Shown: positions 10,801-24,000 of the stretch, one piece after another | How positions within the stretch are numbered: the stretch's first letter is position 1 | Layout of the letters: the number at the start of each line of letters is the position of its first letter | Translations under genes and position numbers: made by a program | Assembly: GCF_000150275.1 (NCBI RefSeq) | Contig: NW_002060947.1 | Location: 1,973,740-2,037,739, forward strand | DNA length: 64,000 nt | Direction: 5' to 3' | From: Trichoplax adhaerens | Taxonomy: Eukaryota; Animalia; Placozoa | The notes under the pieces: model-generated | What the model was told of the DNA's origin: nothing | Seen by the model: the letters and a program-made list of their open reading frames with translations, nothing else | The model's database searches: none

Positions 10801-13800
10801 ATGTAATCGTAGAATCGGGTTGTAATAACAGTGTAGCCAATTCTTACCAAATCAATTTCTCTAACTTTCATCATTTGACAGGTAACTCGTCAGACTCATC
10901 CCTTAGCGCAAATGGGTCAGATAATGAACCTAAGAAAGTTGCAACCGTTGAAGTCTCGACGACTTCTGTTATACTTGGTGAAAACGAGGCACTTCATTAT
11001 ATCAGTAAATCACATCAATTTAACCAACGAAAGCATCAATCTAATGCTGGCAAAAGCATCAATATTGATAACACACTTGCAGCAGCTATGAAGTCTGTTC
11101 AACTCTCTATTACTGGTATGAGCTGCTCTTCTTGCGTTGCTAACATTGAACGTGAAATTAAGAAAAAGAAAGGTTAAGTCTTGATTCGATTCATCGTGGA
11201 AGTGTTAGCCAGTATATGTATCATAAAATTCATTACACTAATTTCCTGAAAGTTTTCTGACAAATCAATCGTTATATGCATGTAGGTATCATTTCCATAG
11301 CAGTAGCACTCTTAGCTGAAAGGGGCGAAGTTACCTATGACGCAAACGTAACCAATCCTGAAGCTATTGTAAACGACATTACCGAATTGGGCTTTGGAGC
11401 GATAATAATCTCATCAGGAAATAATTCAAATAGAATCGAATTATCGGTAAGAAAGCTGTTGTACTACGACCAACGGGAAAATACGTATGCTATATTGAAT
11501 GGCCCTATTCCGGATATATTTTCAGATTGATAATATTGTTAGTCCCTCTTGCATTGATCATGTTGAGAGCTATTTTCGAGATCGTCCTGGGATTATTTCT
11601 GCAAGCGTATTTTTATCGTCAGCAAATGGTGTTTTTGAATATGATGCTTCTGTTACTGGAGTGAGAGATATCATTCGTGCATTAAATGTAGGTTTCATAC
11701 AAAAATTTTTCAAATTATATCTACTATTTGTAGCATCTTGATAATATTAATAACCCTATTCATTTACTCCTACTTTTATGCTGCCTTGTGATTATAACAG
11801 GAACTTGGTTACCCTGCATTACTTGCTACGAAAAATGATGCCTCAAAACAATTTAATCACCATAACGAAATTAAAAGGCAATGCTACTATTACTAAATTG
11901 TACATCAGTAATTCTTTTAGAGAAATTTATTATCTTTAATTATCTAAATTCGGCTGGCTAGAAAGTTTTCTTTTTAACAATATATATAATTTCTAATTTC
12001 CAGATGGAGGAATACTTTCTTTTTTTCGCTTATATGCTTTATACCGGTCGTTGCAATCTTGGTAACATCCGCTGCCTTGAAAAGTGATAGTAAGCCAATG
12101 ATAATTTTTCCAGGACTATCGCTTAAAAACCTTTTACTTCTTATAGTGGCGACTCCAGTCCAAGTAAGCTCTGTAGCTTGTTTATATAGTTTCCTGTTAC
12201 TGTTGGTGATAAATTTATTGAAGACGATGATAAGATTACAAATCTCTTTCCGACTGACGATCATTTATTTACTTGATTTTGCTCATGACTGGATAGTTAA
12301 TCGGCTGCAAACAATTTTACATCATGTCTTACAAAGCTCTTAAGCACCGTTCAGCAACAATGGATGTTTTAATTGTGATGGCTACGACAATTGCATATTG
12401 CTACTCGGTGTGTAGTTTAATATAACACTTCCGAAGCACAGTTCTGATACTGTCATATTTCTTTATCCCAACACTCTAGATTCTGTAATGCCTCATCTAT
12501 AATTTACTATTTTTCATTCATAGGTTACTGTAATTATCGTTGCTGCGATATTACGACCAGATAGCAGTCCACTCACTTTCTTCGAAACGACACCGATGTT
12601 GGTTACCTTTATATCGCTAGGTCGTTGGCTCGAGCATAGAGCAAAGGTACACATTTACATCTGTTGTGTAAACCAGTATAACATAATAATTCGACGTCAT
12701 GCCTTATACTCTAAGCTTGTAGTGAACTACAATGTAACGGAAAAGGTGATTACTGAGTCTTGTTGGAAGCACTGTACTTTTATGATAGCATTGCTTGCGT
12801 GATGTATATTTAATAAAATAGACAGTAGAGACGACTATGTGAACGCTTATTGTCATGTTAAACTAGTATACATGATATTCTTGTTTTAGTACAATGCTGT
12901 ATATTTTACACCGTACACTCTGATCACTTGTGGCTCGCTTACTTATAATGTTCAAAGAGCACAATTTTACTGTATGCATTGTACGACATAATTTTAGTGA
13001 TCAGTTTTAACGAAAATACTGAATTAATTGTATTCAGCGCAAGACCTCAGAAGCTCTTAGTAAACTACAATCTATGCAACCAACTGATGCAATTTTGGTT
13101 GAACTGGATTTTGATAACCAAGTCATCAAGTGAGTCTGTCTTTCGCATATGTTGGTTCTGAAATGAATTAAGCGTTACTGTAATAAAATGAAATTGTGTT
13201 TTTAATATTTCAAAAATGTTTCCCATTTCTCCACTAATTATAACAACTGAATCATTAAAGAGAAGAGAATATCTCGGTTAACTACATTCATCAAGGTGAT
13301 AATTTAAAAGTACTACCCGGAGCTAGAATCCCAACGGACGGTTATATTTTAGCAGGGTCATCTATGATTGATGAATCTTTAATTACTGGAGAATTCATGT
13401 CCGTATCTAAAAGTAAAGGAGATATGGTTATTGGTGGAACAATCAATGAATCTAGCGTGCTGATAATGAAGGCTTGTAGAGTTGGCGTCGATACAACTCT
13501 TTCTCAGATCGTCCGATTAGTTCAGGATGCTCAAACTTCTAAGGCGAATACTAAAAATGGTTGATTTCGAAATTTCTAACGAATTTAGCTATAATTAAAA
13601 TATTTGAAATTTTTATGCAGGCCCCAGTGCAATTGTTAGCAGATCGAATAGCCGGCTATTTTGTTCCTGGAATCATGTTACTATCTCTAATAACATTAAT
13701 TACTTGGATTTGTATTGGATTTGGGAACGTGGCCATTATAAATCCAGATATTGGCGTAAGTTTAGAATTACGATTATTAGCATCTTAATTCAACTATGTC

Positions 13801-16008
13801 ATTGATTGTAGACCCTGACATTTGTTTATATGATTAAATAATACATTCGATTGCTCACTTTTACGTACTGAATTAGATCAATGAATATAATAAAACAGAA
13901 ATCGTTGTGGAGTTTGCATTCTTATGTTCTATAAGTGTACTTGCGATAGCTTGTCCGTGTGCCCTTGGTCTAGCTACACCTACAGCAGTCATGGTGGGAA
14001 CTGGTGTAGGTGCACAATTAGGGGTGCTTATCAAAGGTGGATTGCCATTGGAGATCGCTCATAAGGTTGGCTTTGAATAAATGAAAATAAACATCGGCTA
14101 TGACAGTACTTACGCATGCGTTTAGACTTTTAAGAGTTTTAATATTATTACTTTTGTTTAGGTTTCTGTAGTAATGTTTGATAAAACAGGTACGTTGACT
14201 CAGGGCAAGCCAAAAGTTAAAGAAGTTTTACTGGCTGATGAATCTTTAGTCGACTTTAACCGATTAGTTGCACTGGCATCAGCTGCTGAAAGCAATAGTG
14301 AGCATCCCTTAGGAACCGCTATTGTACAATATGCAAGACAGGTTTGTAATGACCTAATGAATATTTGCTTTAATTCGATTCAAATATCAATTATCATCAA
14401 TCATGTTATAAATAAGGGGAATGTTTTAATATTTCTATTTACAAAACGATTCATAGAAAATTAATATATCCTATTTGGGAAAGACCAGTCAATTTGAGTC
14501 AGCGACCGGATTTGGCATACGGTGCTCCGTTGCCGAACCAAAAAATGTTAAAGGTACAATAATTTATTTAAAACGCATACCTTCCCTGCCTACATATGAT
14601 ATGGAATACGCATCGTATTAATAATATGTAATGACAGTAATCAATAAAATGCATAAATACTTGAAAAGCAGATCTATATCAGAGCGAGACTTCAAGCAAA
14701 TTACGAGATGTGGTAATTGGTAATAGGCACTGGCTCCATGCACATAACATTAGTCTAGACTCAATTTTTAATGAGAAAGTTTGTTGGCGTGAAAGTAAAG
14801 GAATGAGCGTTGTTTTAGCTGCAGTTGACGGTACGGGATTGGTAGCTTAGCTCCACTTATACTCTGAAGGAGATTAAAAATATTATTTTGAAATTGTCTG
14901 TACAGGTCAATTGGCTGGTGCCTTTGCAATAACTGATACGATAAAGGATGATGCAAAGACGGCAATACGTAGTCTCCGCCAGATGAATATAACTGTAGTT
15001 ATGGTAACTGGAGACAATAAAAGAACAGCTGATGCCATTGCCGAAGAGGTTTTACCAAATAGTAGCTAAAATATATACATAAAAATGATTTTTCGATCGA
15101 TTACTGAACCACTAGTTGATCATTTTGGGTGATATTTGTTAATTACTACTACAAGATCGATATCGACGCAGTTTATGCCAACGTAAAGCCTTCCGATAAG
15201 ATTGCAAAAGTAAAATCATTACAAGATAGAAATAATACGGTCGCCATGGTAGGTGATGGTATCAATGATTCGCCTGCATTAGCTCAAGCGGATGTTGGAA
15301 TTGCCATTGGTAGCGGTACGGATGTAGCCATAGAAGCCGCTGATATTGTTCTAGTTAAGGTTCGATTGCATTTTGTTTATCTGCTTCATTTTAAATTATA
15401 GAAGTTATGAACCAAGCTACTTACTAATGTAACTTTTATGTTGTCTAGGATAATTTGATGGATGTTGTTACTGCAATTGATTTATCCCGAACAACATTGA
15501 AAAGAATAAGGTGGAACTATTTTTTCGCAGTTATTTATAATATCATCTGTATACCGACGGCAGCAGGTGTTTTCAAACCACTTGGATTTGTCATTCATCC
15601 GTGGATGGCTAGTGCCGCTATGGCAGCATCTTCAGTTTCGGTTGTTTTGTCGTCATTGTTACTAAGAAGGTAATACAATTCAGATTAATGCTGTCGTAGA
15701 TACATTAATAATAAGTATTTTATATGATAATCTGTATCAATAAGTTATTGATTACTTCAAAAAAAGATGTTAAAGTCTGCTAGCTTGAGGTAACGATAGT
15801 CATTGATGATGTGGAATCATTTTTCTTAAGGTATAAAAGGCCAGTCGATAGAACAAAGTTCTCTAAAAAATGGGATTCAAGTACTCACTATCGTTACTCG
15901 AAGTTGCTCAAAGCCAGTAATAGAAATGCTACCAACTATGGCAGTGACTTGTCAGATAACGATGATGACCAATCGACAGCACCAACGAAACAATTATTAA
16001 AGGTTTAA
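7881..16008 (+). CDS. ATP7: Copper-transporting P1B-type ATPase (ATP7-like), paralog 1, 21 exons, catalytically intact
   Basis: HMA motifs GMTCNSC x2, GMSCNSC and GMSCSSC plus two degenerate HMA folds; [38 protein letters not shown] and [10 protein letters not shown] are all present. Exons approx 7881-8003, 9286-9843, 10499-10745, 10882-11172, 11286-11446, 11526-11687, 11801-11877, 12004-12163 ... 15831-16008 splice in frame, using two GC-AG introns. Confidence 0.95.
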
Positions 16009-18097
16009 AAGTTATTTAAACCTTACTAAAATTTATCACTACAGTTGGTTTTAATAACCAGATATATTTACTATCAAGCATTGCCTTTATATGGAACCGA
16101 TAATATTTTGTTTGGATATATTAATAAGATTAAGAGGGTCAAATGTTAAACTTTGTTTCTTAAATTCATTTAAGATTATACTTACTAAGAATTTAATCTT
16201 TATTTCGATGATTATAAATACATATTGTTCAGTACAAATATTTAATATACCGATATGTAGATACTATGATATTTTAAGACTATATTTTGTAAAGAAATCT
16301 GCTTAAAAATGGCTACATACCATTCTTATTGATTGATGCTCAGCATTGAAATGACAACGATATATTAATCGATAATAAGTATACATTCGTCGAAAGTTCC
16401 TAGTTGCAACACAGGTAGACTCGATCAGTTTCAAGTTATAGATAACTATTTAGAATACAATTCTATTTACGAGAGAATTTACGTTTTATATATTGCATGT
16501 GAAAAATTTATGAAAGACGTTGATGTAAATGCATGCCCGTGTTGTCACGTATAGTTTATCTTCATGTATCATCCCCTCTGTAGAAATTAACCTATAGTTA
16601 TCTTATACCAGCAGTCTCTTGTTGTATGAAAGAGAAATAATAATCCTCTATAAATCAATGTAGTGATATATAAAATATATTTAATGAAGATCCGTCATAT
16701 TATTTCATATAACAGCAATGCCGTTGTGATAACGTATCTTCTCAAAAATACAACAAGAACTACAGTTTCTTGTAAAATTCGCTGTATTACACAAGATTAG
16801 GTTCATCTCATAACTACCAAGGACTATCTAACTGCAATCAGACTAACCTAGCGTACAATTTATTAATGTTTGCATTATTCCATAATGTTAGTCTCAAGCT
16901 TATTTGGGGCTTCACTACAGCAGTGTATATCGAAATGGGCATGTCACCAACTGTACTTGTATGTTGTAGTCATGAATCACTCTAGCAGATAGTACAAAGT
17001 TACTGATTAATTATCACTCTTTCCTTATTATGGCTACTCCACCTAGTGCCAAAGTTAACAAAATGTCGCTATTCCGTATGTAATAATGTTACTGTAAGGG
17101 CAATACAGCTTAACTGCATTAGCTGCCATGATTGTTGACACCTTTTACCCTTGAAATCTTTCTGAAATCTACGACGCCCTAATCGTCGATTACATCATAG
17201 TGGACTGATTTGAATACCATAAATATAATTTATATTCGGTTGTAACAACAGCTATTATAAGCGTTAATACCATTTATCTTGGACTCCATAGCTTGGTAAT
17301 TTATTATTTTTGCTACTGCTAAATATATAGTTCCTAGTATATTTACTTTAATATGTAAATATACACAGAACTCACAAGCATTAATATGTCCATTTCATGA
17401 AAAGACCTATCACAACCGCTATATATCACTTTTATTGACGTTAATAAAACGTCATAAAAATCAGCTAATAAAGATGGGTATAGTATGATCAATAATAAAA
17501 AAGATAGCAATTTCAACCATCTATTTGCCATCAATACGTAGATATGTTGGCAATTTTAAATTTCAAAATGTGTTTTGGATCATCATTGGATACGATTAAC
17601 CCAGATTTTAAGCTACCATAGTCCAGCAAAGTATTTACAAACATATGATTATGCCGTGATAAGGCAGTTTTAATTAATCTCATTAGCATACTATAAAACA
17701 ACCCTGACTTAAACTGAATGACGGCGAATTTTCATTCGATATACTGTAATAATATCGAGAGTTAACAGGCGCATCCCCGTAGTCTATCGTCTACCGTTTA
17801 CCGCGTCCGTCCAAATTAGAATTTATGCATGAAATTATTTTTTCCATTGTGACGAAATCAGCATTAATAAATAAATAAATTGGCCTATAGTATCCTACTG
17901 TTTCTAATTCCCCTATTGCTTAGCTACTGATTCGCCGCAGGCTACATACGACTCAATCCGTATTTTGCTCTCGCCGCTAATTATTTTTTGGCAATCAGGT
18001 CGTGATAACCTTTCATCATCCTCTTATTTTGTTTTTCCTACGCTACCTCTTTTAGTTAATACAGTAGCTGACTATTGGTGTTACATTTAAGCCTAAA

Positions 18098-21000
18098 ATG
18101 GATAATACGCAAATAACCCAACATATACTAGTAAGTATCGAAGGAATGACATGTAATTCCTGTATTAGATCTATCCAAGGAAATATTGCCGAAGTCAAAG
18201 GCCTTGAAAGTATTAAGGTATTTATTACAAAGTTAGAAGTAATTGGAATAATTCCGCAAATAAAAACTTTTATGATAAATGAATCAATAATCCTTTCATT
18301 TCGTTAGTTTAAAGCATAAAACTATGTATTTCCGGTAACGTGGATCAAATTCTATCCTATCAACAGCTAGTGTTCGAGTTGTGAATTCAGTTAATAGATG
18401 TATCAGTATCTGTATAACAATTTGATAGAATTCTCGAAAACATCGACAGTAATTTACGTCGAGATTCAATTTATTTTTATACATATCGTTTCTGAGTATG
18501 ATTTTAATGAAGTAGTCCTTTCTAGATCAATCCTAACAGATCTCTTAGTGTTGAGTTCATGTAATTTATAACAGCTTATACAGCATCGTTATAATTTTTA
18601 AGGTTATGTTAATCCATACTTTTTAGCTTAAAGTCCACAATCTGAATATCTTTCTATCATTTCATCACTTCGCGTAATCAATTTCTTAGCAACGATTGAT
18701 TTTTCTATTAAACTCTTCAATTATTACGCTATAGCCAGTTCAATCATCTTTTGAAATGATTTATTAGATATCCTTAACGCAAGAAGAAGGAGATATTGTC
18801 TATTTTCCTCATCTTATCGATCATCATCAAATCATAAATGAAATCCAAGATATGGGTTTTGGTGCTCAACTAAAATCCAATCTATTCAATTTACAGCTCA
18901 ATCTTCAGACATTACCTGCTGATTATGACCAATTAATAAAACATCTAATGGAAGTCTCTGGCATAGGAAACTGTTACATAGATGAGAAGTTAAATGCTCT
19001 TATAGTACGATATAATTACGATTTATTGAACTCTCCCAGTCCCATAATAGACTATTGCAACAAGTTTACTACTATGAAAACCAAAGAAAACGATAACAGC
19101 AATCTATCGAAGCGAAATGATGTAGCAGTATTAAATGTTACCGGAATGACTTGCCATTCATGTGTGCAATCTATCGAAGGAACATTATCCGACGTAAAAG
19201 CGATCCAATTTGTTGGGGTGTCACTAGAAAAGAATCAAGCCGTAGTCCAATATGACGATGAAGAAACAACTGCAAATGATATTGTAGAAAGTATCAAAGA
19301 CGTAGGATTCGATGCTAGTATCTTACAGGTATGTTGTTCATAATACTGTAAAAATGGCTAAGTATCTGTACTAGTTCTGCAAGAGCAAGCTATAGTCCGA
19401 TATAATGATAGGGAAATAATTGCGAGTGATATTGTAGAAAGAATCAAAGACATACCGGTAGTTTACGAATAGAATATCGTATAGTATTCACGATAGTGTA
19501 GAAATTTGAACTAGTTCTACTAGTTACGCAAGAAGATTGCTACTCTTTTACTGTTATACTACGGTCTTGACATTTGAACAATCATGGATTAGTTTACCGC
19601 CGCAGGAAAGTATGACATGTAAAATAGAGATTAGATTTTTATATATTACTTGCTACAATCTTTTTAAATGCTATTTTATAGACTAAAATAACGATGATCA
19701 GTATATTGCTAAGATTCAAGTCAATTTTTTGTAGTATATTAATCTACGTGTATAACGCTAATAGAGAAAAATATTTAGCTTAGGATTCGAGATTTATCGA
19801 TCATGTTTGCTATATAAATACAAGTAGATCTGCCGGTATAGCGCTAGTAGAAAAGTAGTTAACTTAGGATTCAGGATTTATCGATCATATTTTTGCTTAA
19901 ACACAAGTAGAATTTAATATTTCTTATGAAAATTATAGTATCAAAAAAATTGACTAAGATTAAGCCATTTGTAGATTAATTACAGTTTGTTCTACATACT
20001 TAACGATTTTCATTGAGCTATTTTTACCGCAATTACTAAGTTTGTGACTTCATTTTGATCCTTCTATAGTCGGAATCCAAGATGGCTCGCTATATCGCTG
20101 TAGATATCGATGGAATGACTTGCAATTCTTGCGTTAATCACATCCAGAGCTGCGTTCTGGAGCTAGCTGGCATCCATTTTATCCGCGTTTCTTTACCATT
20201 ACACAAAGCTGATATCGTCTTTGATGGTAATATTATAGCTCAACAACAAATTCTAGACATTATCAACGATACAGGATTTGATGCAAGCCTGATGGTAAAT
20301 GCAGCAGTAGCTCAAAATAATGGTAAATAAATCTTCTCACAATTTTCAAGTGATTCTACTTTGTTTACCCTACTTAATTCGTAATATAATTTTAAATTGT
20401 ATGGACTCATATTTATATGAACAATTCTTCACATTATCCTTTAAATAAATAGCATCCAATACCACCAATTCATCTAATTACCTTAATGACAAATCAAACA
20501 ATAAGAATTTAAATAATGTAACTGAGCAAAAAAAAAAACCAGTTGATGAAAGTAAAATCGATGTCAGCAAGAATAATTCAGAAAATTTCCAGGATGACTG
20601 TCATAAAGCTCCTAGAATAGATAAAGATCGAGATAAAGATCAAGTTATTGAATCAAAATCAATCCAGTTATCCATTAAAGGCATGACTTGTTCGTCTTGT
20701 GTCGCAAATATTGAGCGGGAAATGAAAAAAAAACAAGGTAATACTCAAGATGACTAAATTGCCTTATGAGGTATCCTTTTTACATCACCATTTGTAATTT
20801 TTCATCTCATGAATTTTATAGGAATAATTTCCGTTTCCGTGGCTCTGCTAGCGGAACGAGGAGAAATTAAATATAACTCTAACTTAACCAATGGCGAAAA
20901 AATCATAGCTCATATATCAGAATTAGGTTTTGACGCATCGATTCTACGACACATTAATGCCTCTAACCAGGTAGAATTACAGGTAAATGAATTATAAGTA

Positions 21001-24000
21001 GGACCTCTTGGCCATGATTATCATATGTGCATGTATAATATACGAGTATTTATGCAAAAATACTGATTTAGAAAATATTCTGTAACTCATTTATTCGCCG
21101 GATCATAGCAGGTTAAAATGTTAAAAGTAGAATTTGGTTCCAATTTTAGATTGATCATATTATCGGCCAAGAAAGCATTGAAGATATTGAAAGCACATTC
21201 CAAGAGCTTACAGGAGTTACAGTTATATCAATTTCTCTTGAATTTAAAACTGGAATATTTGAATACGATCCTTCCATTACTGGAGTTCGTGACATCATTA
21301 ACCTGCTAAAAGTTAGTTGGATCGGAATTAGATACTTAATTCACGATAGTAAAACTAATAGGCCAGTGAATTAGATCAATCTATTTGAACGTGCAAAAAC
21401 CTAGTTGGATCTAAAGTAGATGCTAAATTTATGATAGTAAAACTAATATGCCAGTAAATTAGATCAGTTTAATTTAAGTTGCTAAAAGCCAGTTGGATCC
21501 ACAGTAGATGCTACATTTATGATAGTTAAAGTAATAGGTCAGTGAATTAGATCAATCTAATTGAATGTGCTAAAAGTCAAATTGGATCTAAAGTAGATGT
21601 TACATTCACGATAGTAAAACTGATAGGCCAGTGATTAGATCCATCTAATTGAAGGTATTAAGAGTCAGTTGGATCTAAAGTGGACGTTATGATCATAATA
21701 TTAAAATTATTAATAGGCCCAGTAATTTGATCATATAATATAATATAACGTGCTAAACGTCGGTTCAATCTAAAGTAAAATACTAAATTCATGATAACAA
21801 AAGTAATAGGAAAGTAATCAATCAGGTCAATCAAATTCTATATTCTGCATTAATATTACTGTTGTATATAAAACAGGATCTCGGTTATCCTTCATCTCTG
21901 GCTATTAAGAATGATGTGTCAAATAAGTTGCAACATGGTAGCGTAATTAAAAAGTAAATCTCAATTACTTAAAGTCGAATAATGTATCGTAAATTAGTTT
22001 AATACTTTGTTCATTAAGCCAGAATTTTAACGTTGTAATGATAGTCTATCATCTCTTAATATCTTTCTATTTCTTTTACAATTTAGGTGGCGAAATACAT
22101 TTTTACTTTCACTCATCTGCTTCCTTCCGGTTGTGACTATCCTGATAGTATGGCCTGCTTTAAAGTACGACAATAAACAAATAATCGTTGCTCGAGGACT
22201 ATCGTTGAAAAATCTTCTTTTTCTTATAGTTTCAACACCTGTTCAAGTTAGTAGAATGAGGAGAATGCTTTCTCTTCTCTTCTATGAAACATTATTCTTG
22301 TAATGTTAGCGCTATATAATAAAACTAAATGATATATTCTTTGGAATTAAAATCTTTTTCTGTAGGTATTTGGCTGTAAACAGTTTTACATCATGGCATA
22401 TAAAGCATTACGGCATGGCTCGGCTACAATGGATGTCCTCATTGCAATGGCAACCACGATTGCTTATTGCTATTCGGTAAAATCAAATGGAAACAAATAT
22501 ATCGCAATTTCCTTGTTTAATTAATACAAAGTTTTCAAACTTTCTCTTGCTATAACTGTTTGAAATAATGAATACTTCTATAAGCCAAAATTTCTTTTCT
22601 CATTAAGGTTACGGTGATTATTATTGCTGCAGCAATAAGACCCAATGAAAGTCCTGTTACGTTTTTTGAAACAACGCCAATGTTGGTGACATTTATATCT
22701 TTAGGCCGCTGGTTAGAGCATCGAGCAAAAGTAATTCGTCATTCACTTATAATCAGTTAATTATAATACAGTTAATCAACATTTCCGGTTATTTTCTATC
22801 CTTCGAGGATAAGACCTATATTCATAATTATAATTATCACGCGCCAATCAACAATTAAAATTCTAGCATCTAATCGCCTTTAAACATTGAGAAAATCGAA
22901 CTTAAATTCAAACATAAATCATCATTTCAATTTTTCTGTTATTGTTTGAATTTGATGAATTTTATTTTATTAATGAATTTTACTGGTAACTCATAGAAAA
23001 AAACCTCCGAAGCACTTAGTAAGCTCCAATCGATGCAGCCTACTGATGCTATCTTGGTCGAATTGGATGACGACAATCAAATTATAAAGTAAATTGTACA
23101 TAATATTTTGTATGAGTTATGAACTCGCTCAGCTAAACCTTATTTATCCTTTCTTTCAATAAAAATAGGGAAGAAATTATTTCTATTGATTATATTCAAG
23201 AAAGAGATATTCTAAAAGTCATACCAGGAGCTAGAATCCCTGTCGACGGTTTCATTGTAACGGGCTCATCGATGATTGATGAATCTCTCATTACAGGAGA
23301 ATTTATGTCTGTTGCTAAAAATCAAGACGATATGGTTATCGGAGGCACGATTAATCAAACCGGTGTGCTAATAATAAAAGCAAGTAAAGTAGGTGCTGAT
23401 ACTACCCTAGCGCAAATAGTGCGATTAGTTGAAGACGCCCAAACATCGAAGGTATAGTAGTTTTAACAATCTCAATGAATTTGAGAACAGAACTAAATTA
23501 AAATGCTGAAGCATAAATTTTCAATTGTAGGCACCAATACAGCTTTTGGCCGATAAAATTGCCGGCTACTTTGTACCTGGCATTATACTAATATCTATCG
23601 TTACCTTCCTTATTTGGGTCTGGATTGGGTATACAAATATCCATGCCATTAAGCCAGATTTTAATGTGAGTCTTAAAGGAATGAAAATACGCCTAGCTAT
23701 TATTTCCGGCGTCAGAGTTGATCGATGCCTACGCTTCATATTGATATAGAAAGTAAAAAACCATGGGAATTTTAGGCGAAATCGAATTAGATGATGTATT
23801 AGTAGAAATTATTAGAGAAAATCTTAACCTAAGGATCATCAAATGAAATTGCTTTCGGTTTATTTTAGGGGTAGAAGTCGTTTGAGATAAAATCTAGCCT
23901 TCAATTTAAAGATTAAATATATGCAGTAGATATTTTGATATAATAGAGTGTGCAGAAGCTTGATCATAAAATCATCGAGAGGAATCTGATTTGATTCCTG

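Noticed and set aside
21304-21835. CRISPR-like regular array
   Set aside because: The whole 88-bp unit repeats with no unique spacers, and it sits in a eukaryotic intron with no cas genes. It is a minisatellite.
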